Shown here one piece after another: positions 1-8,429 of a DNA stretch of 32,000 nt. The notes beneath the pieces were generated by a model, which saw only the letters and a program-made list of their open reading frames with translations, was not told the DNA's origin and did no database searches. The stretch is from Candidatus Saccharimonadota bacterium. Lineage in GTDB: Bacteria > Patescibacteriota > Saccharimonadia > Saccharimonadales > UBA4665. The DNA lies in NCBI GenBank assembly GCA_963716945.1, contig OY970322.1:840001-872000 (forward strand), in the 5' to 3' direction. Position 1 is the first letter of the stretch, and each line of letters begins with the position of its first letter. The position numbers were made by a program, and so were the translations under genes.

Positions 1-151
1 TATACGATTCGCCCAGGCCGAGTTCGCGCTGCGCCAGGATCCGGTTGTAAACCCGCTCGTCATGAACCTGAATATCAAACTGCCGGCTGCCGTTAATCTT
101 GACGTCCGCCAGGGAAAGCAGGTGCTCAACCGTCTTCTTTGCGTCAGACAT
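1..151 (-). CDS. Cyclopropane-fatty-acyl-phospholipid synthase-like SAM-dependent methyltransferase, N-terminal fragment (gene runs off the left edge)
   Basis: Hand translation of the minus strand from ATG (151-149) gives MSDAKKTVEHLLSLADVKINGSRQFDIQVHDERVYNRILAQRELGLGESY. This resembles the conserved Cfa-family N-terminus (DIxVHDERxYxRxLxxxxLGLGESY). The ORF is truncated, so it is absent from the ORF track. Confidence 0.6.
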   Translation of the reverse strand, partial: MSDAKKTVEHLLSLADVKINGSRQFDIQVHDERVYNRILAQRELGLGESY

Positions 152-184
152 ATTTTTAGTATATCATAGCTTTTTTGCTTATGT

Positions 185-1144
185 TTAGTTCTGGACCGGG
201 TGGGGTCGGTTCTCGAGGTATTCGCGGATCTTAAGGGCAGCGGTGGCGCCTTCGCCGGCGGCCGAAGCGATCTGCATGGTGGCACCGCTACGGATATCGC
301 CGGCCGCGAAAACGCCGCGCATACTGGTGTGCAGGTGCTGGTCGGTCATGACGAAGCCGATGTCGTCGAGCTTGATCGGCGACGGCTTGAGGAACTGCGA
401 ATTAGGCTCCAAACCGACGAACACGAAAACGCCGTCGGCCGGGAAATCGACTTTCTTGCCGTCTTTGGTGCCGATGACTTTGGTCACGAACTTCTCCTCG
501 CCGACAATTTCGTCGGTAGTCGTGCCGAGGTGGACGGTAACCTTGCCCTGCTTGACGAACGTCTCCAGCTCGTGCTGCAGGATGTCGCTGGCCTTAATGG
601 TCGAGCGTACCAGCAGGTCAATGTGCGAAGCGAAACGGGTCAGAAAAATCGTCTCCTGAATAGCCGAGTTGCCGCCGCCGACCACGACCAGCCGCTTGTC
701 GCGGTAGAAGGCGCCGTCGCAGGTCGCGCAGTAGTGCACGCCGCGGGCGTAGTACTTCTGCTCGCCGGGGACGCCGATCTTCTTATAATCCGAACCGGTA
801 GCGATCAGGACGGCCCGGGCCAGCATGTCGCCGCTGGTCGTTTCCAGGCGCTTGAGGTCGCCCTCGTCATGGATGGCCGTGACTTCGCCAAGCTCGATGA
901 CGGCGCCGAAGCGTTCGGCCTGCTTGCGCAATTCTTCCGACAGCTTAAGCCCTTCGACACCGTCGGCGAAACCGGGATAGTTATCGATCTTGTCGGTGAC
1001 GGCCGCCAGGCCGCCGACCACGCCGCGCTCGAACAATACCGTCTCGATATCTTCGCGGGTGGTGTAAATCGCCGCCGACAGCGCGGCCGGACCGGCCCCG
1101 ATGATGATTACATCGTGCCGGGGAATGTCTGGAGAATCCGCCAT
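185..1144 (-). CDS. trxB: Thioredoxin-disulfide reductase
   Basis: 319 aa. It has the FAD motif IIGAGPAA, the redox-active CATCDG motif, the NADPH motif VVGGGNSA and a C-terminal FAAGD motif. Confidence 0.95.
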   Translation of the reverse strand: MADSPDIPRHDVIIIGAGPAALSAAIYTTREDIETVLFERGVVGGLAAVTDKIDNYPGFADGVEGLKLSEELRKQAERFGAVIELGEVTAIHDEGDLKRLETTSGDMLARAVLIATGSDYKKIGVPGEQKYYARGVHYCATCDGAFYRDKRLVVVGGGNSAIQETIFLTRFASHIDLLVRSTIKASDILQHELETFVKQGKVTVHLGTTTDEIVGEEKFVTKVIGTKDGKKVDFPADGVFVFVGLEPNSQFLKPSPIKLDDIGFVMTDQHLHTSMRGVFAAGDIRSGATMQIASAAGEGATAALKIREYLENRPHPVQN

Positions 1145-1154
1145 GCGCTTGCGC

Positions 1155-1403
1155 TCAGGCTACTGCCGGGGCTAGGCGGGCCAGGTTATAGCCGACAATG
1201 ACTTCTTGCGAGTCGTCCTGCTTAGTAACGACGGTTACCGGGACGGTCATGGCGCCGCTCAAGTCTATGGCTTCGGCTTGGCGGTGGGGATGTTCGTCGA
1301 GGTTGACTTCTTCGTAAGTCATACCTTTGGCGCCCAGGTACTTCTTGACCATCTGGCAGTAGCCGCAGGTGTTGGTAGTGAAGATAGTGATGTTTTTGAC
1401 CAT
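1155..1403 (-). CDS. Glutaredoxin-like / NrdH-type small redoxin
   Basis: 82 aa with a CGYC active site after an N-terminal beta-strand (ITIFTTNTCGYCQMVKKYL), consistent with a thioredoxin fold. It lies 10 nt upstream of trxB on the same strand. An SD-like GAGGGGGA precedes the ATG. Confidence 0.85.
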   Translation of the reverse strand: MVKNITIFTTNTCGYCQMVKKYLGAKGMTYEEVNLDEHPHRQAEAIDLSGAMTVPVTVVTKQDDSQEVIVGYNLARLAPAVA

Positions 1404-1533
1404 TTGGTCCCCCTCGTTAAGCGCCTTTGATACCTCACCGTGTCTCTCAGGTACGGCTACAGTCGTTTGCTTAAGGCGCGTTGTTTATTTTGATGTGCTC
1501 TAGTTCAGAACAATTCTGACTGTATTAAAGATT

Positions 1534-1571
1534 ATATATAGTGCTTGCATATAATTCAAGACACTATATAT
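1534..1571. repeat. Perfect 10-bp inverted repeat ATATATAGTG / CACTATATAT with an 18-nt spacer
   Basis: Read directly: arms at 1534-1543 and 1562-1571. A partially overlapping direct repeat ATATA(T)nGTGCTT occurs at 1534-1548 and 1566-1580. The repeat lies in the non-coding AT-rich leader of the islet. Confidence 0.7.
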
Positions 1572-1754
1572 TGTGCTTTTTAATACATTTGGCGACTATG
1601 TACTTAAAGCAAGTAGCCCTGAATAACTACTTAGCGTAAACTAAGAGTTTTTAACTGTTGGAGTTGCTCCTTTAGCAGTTGAATCTCTTGTTTTTGCCCT
1701 TGGTTAACCGTGTTCTGGGGTCTTACTGCAATCCATATTTGTACCCCCAAACCG

Positions 1755-2171
1755 ATGATTAGCACTACAGTTAAGGCAGTTCAGCGTAGCTTATTAGTAC
1801 GCGAAGTATATGCTATTGACCCCAAAGGCAACGTCTGGAAGCGCTTAGGGGGGTTCGGTGAGGCGAAGTGGGAATTATTAAAATGGGGGAGTATGACAAT
1901 AATCACTACTACTTTGACTATAATTGTTATAATGGTTCTTAGTAATAAGCGAAGGATTATAATGCCAAATCGTCAGGCCCCACAACCCACAGGTAATGCT
2001 AGAGTGCGTATTGCACCCGGACGTATTCAGGCGGTTGTTAGTGCTAGTGGAACTATATTTAAGGGCAGCGAAACGGTTTACCCTGCGGTACAACCGGCCG
2101 CGAATGTTGTTCCACCTTTGCCGTCACCAAGAAATCAGGCCCCCACACAAAGCGCCAGCACAGGGAGCTAG
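1755..2171 (+). CDS. Hypothetical small protein with one central TM helix and a Pro/Ala/Gln-rich tail (start uncertain: GTG 1710, ATG 1755 or ATG 1893)
   Basis: ORF-track frame 1710..2171. It has a hydrophobic segment TIITTTLTIIVIMVL. Its stop TAG abuts the ATG of the next ORF (2169-2171 / 2172), suggesting coupling. I recognise no family. Confidence 0.4.
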   Translation: MISTTVKAVQRSLLVREVYAIDPKGNVWKRLGGFGEAKWELLKWGSMTIITTTLTIIVIMVLSNKRRIIMPNRQAPQPTGNARVRIAPGRIQAVVSASGTIFKGSETVYPAVQPAANVVPPLPSPRNQAPTQSASTGS

Positions 2172-2783
2172 ATGGACCTCGCTTCTTTAACTGTTCCCAA
2201 TGTTGTCCTTTTTGTGGTGCCTGGATACTTTGCGATCCAAGCTTATTCATCAGTGCATTCAAAGTCAGACAAAGACTTTTCTAAATTGCTAGTCGAGAGC
2301 ATAGCTTTCAGTCTGCCTTTGGTTGGGATATATAATCCGCTTTTCGATGCCGTATACAAACATCTATTCGGTGGGAATGTTCAGAAAGTTGCTGTAACTG
2401 ACATTAAGTACTTCCTGCCACTCCTTATAATTTCTCCATTGTTAGGTTTTGTGTGGGCCAAATTGAGAGATACGAATTGGCTTAAAGAGTTCGCGTCCAA
2501 ATTTGGCATACGTGGCCCAAATAACGATTTCATAGAAACACAATTCAATAAACTAAAATCAGGTGAATACGTTACCGTAACACTTAAAAATGGAGAAGTA
2601 TTTGCCGGAGTCAGGAGGGGAACTAGTACTTATAGAAAAGACGAAATACAAAGATGTTATTTTAACTTTGTAGAGTGGTATAACGAAAAAACCGGTAAAT
2701 GGGATAAACGTCAAGGTAGCTTAATATTCGCAATTGATGATGTCGAGTACATGGAGACGAGCCATGAATTACCAAAATGGTAG
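2172..2783 (+). CDS. Hypothetical membrane protein: about 3 N-terminal TM helices plus a beta-rich soluble C-terminal domain (possibly DUF6338-like, from memory)
   Basis: 203 aa. Hydrophobic segments are VVLFVVPGYFAIQAY, IAFSLPLVGIY and FLPLLIISPLLGFVWA. The C-terminal stretch YVTVTLKNGEVFAGVRRG looks like beta-strands. AT-rich codon usage is unlike the flanking genes. Confidence 0.6.
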   Translation: MDLASLTVPNVVLFVVPGYFAIQAYSSVHSKSDKDFSKLLVESIAFSLPLVGIYNPLFDAVYKHLFGGNVQKVAVTDIKYFLPLLIISPLLGFVWAKLRDTNWLKEFASKFGIRGPNNDFIETQFNKLKSGEYVTVTLKNGEVFAGVRRGTSTYRKDEIQRCYFNFVEWYNEKTGKWDKRQGSLIFAIDDVEYMETSHELPKW

Positions 2784-3018
2784 TTACTTGTTTAAGCTAC
2801 GGTTAGGAGATTTTTGGCACAGGTAAACTTGGGTCTTGGGGAAGATCTCTAGTAGCTTTGCCGCAACTTTCGCAGGTATTGTCTACGGTAGGCTTGTAGT
2901 ACCTAACGCAGCCTATTGTGGTGCAATATTTATCTTCTTCCATCAGTACATCATACGTCTACTTGCTATAAAGGGATAGTCGCCATACATTTAACGCTTA
3001 TCTTGGAATTATCTGAGG

Positions 3019-3600
3019 CTACTTGGAGATCGAGTGCAACGTGACGTCGAAGACCAGGTCGGCGTTAGCCGGGATACCCGAGTTGGCCGGCGGGTTGGCG
3101 CCGTAGGCCAGGGCGGCCGGGATCAGCAGCCGGCGGGTACCGCCGACTTTCATGCCGGGGATGCCCTGCGACCAGCCGGCAATAACCTGGCTGAGCGGGA
3201 AAGTCACCGGTTGGCCGCTGTCCTTGGAGCTCTGGAAGATGATACCGGTGCTGGCCACGGCGCCGGTGTAATCGACGGTAACCGTAGCGCCCGGCTGGAC
3301 GGCGGCGCCGGTGCCCGGCGTGGTGTCTATCTCCTGTAGGCTGCTGATTTTTGATACCGGCGTGAAGTTGGCCAGTTTGGTACCTTGTAGTTTGGCTGAA
3401 TTGTCCACTGATTTGCTCCCTTGTGATGAAGATGAATTAGTCGTACTTGATGAACTGGCCGTACTCGAAGCGCCGTCGCCGGGCTTCTGGTCATGCTGCT
3501 GCACCAGTCCGTAAATGACGCCGATAGTAAGGGCCGACGAAGTTACTAAAAATAATATCGCACCGAAGGCGGCGAACGCCCGTTCTCGTTTTCTGGCCAT
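3019..3600 (-). CDS. FKBP-type peptidyl-prolyl cis-trans isomerase, membrane-anchored or secreted
   Basis: 193 aa with an N-terminal TM/signal anchor and a Ser-rich linker. The C-terminal FKBP domain reads VTVDYTGA...FQSS...PVTFPLSQVIAGWSQGIPGMKVGGTRRLLIPAALAYG. An SD GGAG lies 8 nt upstream. Confidence 0.9.
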   Translation of the reverse strand: MARKRERAFAAFGAILFLVTSSALTIGVIYGLVQQHDQKPGDGASSTASSSSTTNSSSSQGSKSVDNSAKLQGTKLANFTPVSKISSLQEIDTTPGTGAAVQPGATVTVDYTGAVASTGIIFQSSKDSGQPVTFPLSQVIAGWSQGIPGMKVGGTRRLLIPAALAYGANPPANSGIPANADLVFDVTLHSISK

Positions 3601-3640
3601 TAAAAATCTCCGTTTGTTGCTTCTATAGTCACAGTATAGC

Positions 3641-4780
3641 TTACGACGGGTAGCTGTTGCCAGCGCTGGTGATGAACAGGTCGTGCGGGTGGCTTTCGCT
3701 CAGGGAGGCGCTGGTGATCCGGCGCAGGACGGCGGTCTCCCAGAGTTCGGGAATGGATTTGGCGCCGACGTAATAGAAGCCCGAACGGATACCCTCGGTC
3801 ATCGTCTGGACGACCGTGTCCAAGTCGCCGCTGGACGGCACCAGGCCTTCGACGCCTTCGGCGACCAGGACGGTCTTGCCGGTGTAGCTTTTGCCATGGA
3901 ACTCGTCTTCGGAGCTGATCTTCTTGCCGCGTTCCATGGCGCCGATCGAGCCCATGCCGCGGTAGCCTTTGAACTTGTAGGTATCGGCACCGTTGATGAT
4001 GCTGCGGAAGCGGGCCGGTACCTGGTCAGGCGTAAATTCGATGACTTCACCCGGCGACTCTTCGGTGGCGGCAAACAGCCGGCCCATCATGACCGACGAA
4101 GCGCCGGCCGCCAAGGCTTTGGTGATATCGCCGAAATAGTTGATGCCGCCGTCGGCGATGACCGGGACGCCGTGCTGCTTGGCGACCTCGGAAGACTCGA
4201 TGATAGCCGTCAGCTGCGGCACGCCCATGCCCGACACGATCCGGGTCGTGCAAATGGCGCCCGGCCCCATGCCGACCCTCAGGCCGTCGGCACCGGCCTC
4301 GATCAGCGCTTCGGCGCCTTCGGCGGTGGCGATGTTGCCGGCGATAACGTCGACCTTGTGGTGCTTCTTGATAAAGGTGACGGCCTCGATGACAAACTTG
4401 GAAAAGCCATGGGCCGAGTCAACCACGATAACGTCGACGCCGGCGGCCACCAAAGCCTTGACCCGCTCTTCGTAACCCGGGCTGGAACCGACTGCCGCAC
4501 CGGCCAGCTGGCCGGCCTTCTTGACTTTGGCGACTTCGGCGGCCTGGTCCTTGATAGTCAGGTTGCGGTGGATGATACCGATGCCGCCGGCCTTGCCGAG
4601 GGCGATGGCCAGCCGGCTTTCGGTCACGGTGTCCATAGGTGCCGATACCAGCGGTACTTTGAGGCTGATATTACGCGTTAGCCGGCTGCCGAGGGCGATG
4701 TCGGAACGTGAAAACCCGGCATAACCGGGTTTTAGTAATACGTCGTCAAATGTGAGGGCGGTCTCTGTACTAATCTGCAT
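3641..4780 (-). CDS. guaB: IMP dehydrogenase family protein lacking the CBS (Bateman) subdomain
   Basis: 379 aa. The N-terminus [12 protein letters not shown]...SAPMDTVTE...GGIGIIHRN is IMPDH-like. It has the catalytic loop [11 protein letters not shown] and the C-terminal SESHPHD motif. The roughly 120-aa CBS pair normally found after ...EVAKVKK is replaced by a few residues. Confidence 0.85.
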   Translation of the reverse strand: MQISTETALTFDDVLLKPGYAGFSRSDIALGSRLTRNISLKVPLVSAPMDTVTESRLAIALGKAGGIGIIHRNLTIKDQAAEVAKVKKAGQLAGAAVGSSPGYEERVKALVAAGVDVIVVDSAHGFSKFVIEAVTFIKKHHKVDVIAGNIATAEGAEALIEAGADGLRVGMGPGAICTTRIVSGMGVPQLTAIIESSEVAKQHGVPVIADGGINYFGDITKALAAGASSVMMGRLFAATEESPGEVIEFTPDQVPARFRSIINGADTYKFKGYRGMGSIGAMERGKKISSEDEFHGKSYTGKTVLVAEGVEGLVPSSGDLDTVVQTMTEGIRSGFYYVGAKSIPELWETAVLRRITSASLSESHPHDLFITSAGNSYPS

Positions 4781-4785
4781 AATCC

Positions 4786-4815
4786 ATTCTAAGCCTAAAC
4801 CACTAGCTTTGTCAA
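4786..4815 (-). promoter_or_regulatory. Sigma70-like promoter TTGACA-18 nt-TAGAAT, 5 nt upstream of the IMPDH ATG (leaderless geometry)
   Basis: Minus-strand reading: TTGACA (4815-4810), an 18-nt spacer, TAGAAT (4791-4786), ggatt, then ATG at 4780. There is no SD. Confidence 0.55.
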
Positions 4816-4832
4816 AGGCCGGGCCGCCGAAT

Positions 4833-7379
4833 TCAGGCCCGTTTAGCCGAAAATTCGGTCTCGGCGGCGGCAGCAGCAGTGTCGAGCAAGCGGTTGACTT
4901 CGGCGTCGGTCAGGGTCCGGTCGTAGCTGGCGATGCTCAAGCGGAAGCTGACATTTTTGTGGCCGGCATCATCTTCGGCCTGGTAAATATCGAGGAACTC
5001 CAGCTTGGGCAAGCTGTTAGGCGGCTGGGCTTTGGCAATCTCCGAGCGGACAAAGTCAAGGAGTTCCCGGTAAGCCAGTTCGGCCGGTACTTTGAGCGTC
5101 AGGTCCTGCGTGACTTTGGGGAAGCGCGGCAGCGGCACATAGGCGGCGGCCGGGTGCGGTTTTAGCAGCTGCAGCAGGTCGATTTCGAAACCGGCGGCGT
5201 AGTCCGGCAGTTTCAGCGCCTGGCGAACGGAAAGTTTGAACTCCCCGACCTCTCCCAGCACCGTGTCGCCGATATGGACGGTTGCCGCGCGGCCGGTTTC
5301 GTAATAGGGGATGCGGGTGCGGGTTTCACCGATGTATTTAGCCGGGTCCAGGGTTTCGAAAACCACGTCATCGGCCAGGCCGGGCGCCGCCAGCAGCTCC
5401 ACCAGGAATTTTTTAGCCTGGTAGTAGGGGGCGCCGCCATATTGCTTAGCCGCCTTGGCATCGGCCGCAAAGACGAAAGCCGCCCGCTCGAACTCAACCG
5501 GCACGCCGTCATGTTCGACGCCGGCGATGTGGGCTTTGCCCAGCTCGAAAAGGCCGAAACGGTCATACCCGGCCTTGACGTTGAGATGGATTTTGTCGAG
5601 CAGGCTCGGCAGCAGGCTCAGGCGGTAATACTGCAGGTCCGGACTGAGGGCATTGGCTACCTGGAAAGCCACGGCCTTATCCTGGCCGACCTTATCCATC
5701 AAATCGCCATGGACGAAACTATAAGTCAGGACTTCGTTGGCGCCGGCCCGGCTCAAGGTCCGGCGGACGGCGGCTTTCAGTTCCAGCAACGGGTCTTTGG
5801 CAACCGGCGCCAGGTCGCGGCGCGGCAGCTCCAGCGGCAATTTGTCATAGCCGTAAAGCCGGCCGATTTCCTCGACGACGTCTTCGCGCAGCTCGATGTC
5901 GGTGCGCCAGAAAGGTGCCGCCACGATTAGTTCGCCGCCGTTAAGTTCGACTTTGAACTCGACGTTTTCGAGCAGCGTTTTCATCTCGCCGGCCGCCAAT
6001 TCCAGGCCTAGACGGTCATTTATAAAGTCAGCCGCCAGCTTGACCGGCGGGTATAAACTATTGCGTTCCAAGACCGTGGCGTCCAAGTGATTATCGTCCA
6101 GGACTTGGCCCGCGACCTGGCCGGCGGCATGATTATGAATCTCATCGACGATCTTGGCTAAGACGGCCAGGTTCTGCAGCGGGCTCTGGCCTTTGGTGAA
6201 GCGGGTCACGGCATCGGTGAACAGGCCGTGCGCCATGCTGGTACGCCGCACCGAGTACATGTCGAAATTAGCGCACTCCAAGATGATATTCTCGGTGTGT
6301 TCGTCAACCTCGGTTTCACTGCCGCCCATCACGCCGCCGACACCTATCAACTGCTTATCGGTAGCGATCATGATAGCTTCGGCCCGCGGTTCGATCTGCT
6401 TGCCGTTCAACAGCTTGATTTTCTCGCCCGGCTTGGGGTTGCGGATCGTAATCACGGCCTCGCCGCCGCTCAAGGACTTGACCTTGTCATAATCGTAAGC
6501 GTGCAGCGGCTGGCCGGTCTCCAGCATATAGAAGTTAGTGTAATCGACGATGTTGTTGATTGATTTCTGGCCCAGCTCGGCCAGGGCCACTTGCAGCCAC
6601 AGGGGGCTTGGCCCGACCTTGACGCCGGCCATCGTAACGGCCGTGAACCGCCGCACCAGGTCCGGCAGTTCGTTCCTGATCTCAAGCGGCAGTTTGGAAT
6701 CGGCGGTTTCCGGGAAAGCCGGCCGCGGCACATACCAGCCGGGACTTGCGTAAGGCAGGCCCTGGATGCCGGCGAATTCTCGGGCTATGCCCAAGAAACC
6801 GAAACAGTCCGGCCGGTGCGTAAACATCTTGTTCTCAATGTCGAGGATGGTGTCGTCCAGACCCAGGGTTTCGGCGAAATCGGCGCCCGGCTGAGCTTCC
6901 CCGAGCTCCAGGATGCCGGCGTGGCTGTCGCCCAGCGCCAATTCCCGAAGCGAGGCCAGCATACCGTTGCTCTTCTGGCCGCGAATTTCGCGGGCTTCCA
7001 GCACGAACGGCTCCTTGTCAAAAGTCTCGGGTACCGTCGTGCCCGGCGGCAGCCAGGCCACGGTCAGGCCTTCGCGGACGTTGGGCGCGCCGCAAACCAC
7101 CTGGACATAACCCTGCCCGTCGCGTTCGACATCTTTGACCGCTCGGCCGTCATCGATTTTGCATAAGTTCAGTTTGTCGGCGTCAGGATGCTTGACGCAC
7201 GAAACGACTTTGGCGATGACGATGCCCCGGTACTTCTTGCCCAGGTCAATGACTTCGTCGACGCCGCCGAGCTGGGCGCCGACTTTTCGGACCAGTTCGT
7301 CGATACCGATTGCCGTTACGTCATCGGCGCTGTCATACTTCTCATTCAGCCGCCGGACTATGTTCAGGCTGACCTTCAT
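4833..7379 (-). CDS. pheT: Phenylalanine--tRNA ligase beta subunit
   Basis: 848 aa with an N-terminal OB/tRNA-binding domain (VKHPDADKLNLCKIDDG), B3/4 and B5 regions, and a C-terminal FDX-ACB-like domain. It overlaps pheS by 4 nt. Confidence 0.95.
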   Translation of the reverse strand: MKVSLNIVRRLNEKYDSADDVTAIGIDELVRKVGAQLGGVDEVIDLGKKYRGIVIAKVVSCVKHPDADKLNLCKIDDGRAVKDVERDGQGYVQVVCGAPNVREGLTVAWLPPGTTVPETFDKEPFVLEAREIRGQKSNGMLASLRELALGDSHAGILELGEAQPGADFAETLGLDDTILDIENKMFTHRPDCFGFLGIAREFAGIQGLPYASPGWYVPRPAFPETADSKLPLEIRNELPDLVRRFTAVTMAGVKVGPSPLWLQVALAELGQKSINNIVDYTNFYMLETGQPLHAYDYDKVKSLSGGEAVITIRNPKPGEKIKLLNGKQIEPRAEAIMIATDKQLIGVGGVMGGSETEVDEHTENIILECANFDMYSVRRTSMAHGLFTDAVTRFTKGQSPLQNLAVLAKIVDEIHNHAAGQVAGQVLDDNHLDATVLERNSLYPPVKLAADFINDRLGLELAAGEMKTLLENVEFKVELNGGELIVAAPFWRTDIELREDVVEEIGRLYGYDKLPLELPRRDLAPVAKDPLLELKAAVRRTLSRAGANEVLTYSFVHGDLMDKVGQDKAVAFQVANALSPDLQYYRLSLLPSLLDKIHLNVKAGYDRFGLFELGKAHIAGVEHDGVPVEFERAAFVFAADAKAAKQYGGAPYYQAKKFLVELLAAPGLADDVVFETLDPAKYIGETRTRIPYYETGRAATVHIGDTVLGEVGEFKLSVRQALKLPDYAAGFEIDLLQLLKPHPAAAYVPLPRFPKVTQDLTLKVPAELAYRELLDFVRSEIAKAQPPNSLPKLEFLDIYQAEDDAGHKNVSFRLSIASYDRTLTDAEVNRLLDTAAAAAETEFSAKRA

Positions 7380-8410
7380 GAAAACTGCCTCAAGAAATCT
7401 AAGCGGGCCGATTCGAAATGCCGGACATCCTCGACACCGTATTTCATCATGACCAGCCGGTCGATGCCGCCGCCCCAGGCGAAACCGGTATAAACGTTAG
7501 TGTCTATCCCGGCGGCATGCAAGACATTGGGGTGGATCATGCCGCAACCGAGCAGTTCGATCCAGCCGGACTGGGAGCAAACCGGGCAGCCTTGCTTGTC
7601 GCAGAACGGGCAGCTGAGCATGAATTCGAACGACGGCTCGGTGAACGGGAAATAGAACGGGTTGGTCTTAACCTCCAGCTCTTTGCCGTAGTAGGTCTGC
7701 AGGAAGGTCTTGAGCGTAGCGATCAGGTGGCCGGCATTGATGCCCTTGTCGACGTAAATCCCTTCCAGCTGGTAAAACGTGTGCTCGTGGCGGGCGTCCA
7801 GGTCTTCGTTGCGGAAAACCCGGCCCGGAATCACCGCGGCAATTGCCTTGCCGGCTTCCAGGTTGGGCTTCAACTGCCGCAAAACGCGGTTCTGCATGGT
7901 CGAAGTATGGGCCGGCGCGATGAACTGCTTGCCGTTCTTGTCGGTTTGGGCGGTCATGAAGGTGTCATAGTCGTCGCGGGCGGGATGGTCTTCGGGAAAG
8001 TTCAGCGAACCGAACATATGGAAATCGTCGTCGATTTCACGCGATTCGACGGCCGTGAAACCCATCCTGTATAAGATATCGAGCACGGCCGACAGTTCGG
8101 TCATCAGAGGATGCTGGCTGCCCTGGCCGGTCGGCAGCAAACGCGGCCGTTTGCCGGCCGGCACGTTGGCGTCATTGGGCGCCGTCACGTCGACCGGCGG
8201 TAGGGCGGCCGCCTCGTCTTGAACGGCTTTTAGGAGCCGGTTCAGCTCTTCGCGCAATTGGTTAATCTCCTGCCCGAAAGCCGCCCGGCCCTCGGCCGGC
8301 ATGGTTTTGAGCTGGTCGAACAGGCTGCGCAGTTCCGGGCTGCGCAGAACCGAGTTATCGCCGCCTTGGGCGCGGCGCTTCAAATCATCAGCCAGTTTTT
8401 GGTCAATCAT
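7376..8410 (-). CDS. pheS: Phenylalanine--tRNA ligase alpha subunit
   Basis: 344 aa with class II aaRS motifs: FRNEDLDARHEHTFYQLEG (motif 2) and GFAWGGGIDRLVMMKYG (motif 3). Confidence 0.95.
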   Translation of the reverse strand: MIDQKLADDLKRRAQGGDNSVLRSPELRSLFDQLKTMPAEGRAAFGQEINQLREELNRLLKAVQDEAAALPPVDVTAPNDANVPAGKRPRLLPTGQGSQHPLMTELSAVLDILYRMGFTAVESREIDDDFHMFGSLNFPEDHPARDDYDTFMTAQTDKNGKQFIAPAHTSTMQNRVLRQLKPNLEAGKAIAAVIPGRVFRNEDLDARHEHTFYQLEGIYVDKGINAGHLIATLKTFLQTYYGKELEVKTNPFYFPFTEPSFEFMLSCPFCDKQGCPVCSQSGWIELLGCGMIHPNVLHAAGIDTNVYTGFAWGGGIDRLVMMKYGVEDVRHFESARLDFLRQFS

Positions 8411-8429
8411 CTTACAGGTAATTGTACCA

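Larger units (their letters stand above)
1440..3010. other. AT-rich islet (compositionally foreign segment) between the redoxin operon and the FKBP gene
   Basis: There is a visible drop in G+C relative to both flanks. The islet contains only small ORFs with no housekeeping similarity. Boundaries are approximate, judged by eye. Confidence 0.6.

Noticed and set aside
200-1201. Long antisense or alternative-frame ORFs across the high-GC genes. Examples: 200..1201 +, 3683..4681 +, 5274..5930 +, 6591..7166 +, 7418..8074 +, 8505..9155 +, 9742..10209 -, 12490..13839 +, 15177..15635 +, 16001..16648 +, 17331..17924 -, 18432..19214 +, 19682..20152 -, 30293..31342 -.
   Set aside because: These are typical GC-rich shadow ORFs. 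Their translations are Arg/Ala/Gly/Pro-rich and low-complexity with no motifs. Each fully overlaps a gene with unambiguous family signatures on the other strand or frame.
1878-2262. Overlapping small ORFs in the islet: 1878..2093 -, 1996..2190 +, 2059..2262 -.
   Set aside because: They overlap the more plausible coupled plus-strand ORF pair (…2171 / 2172…). They have no start signals or motifs.
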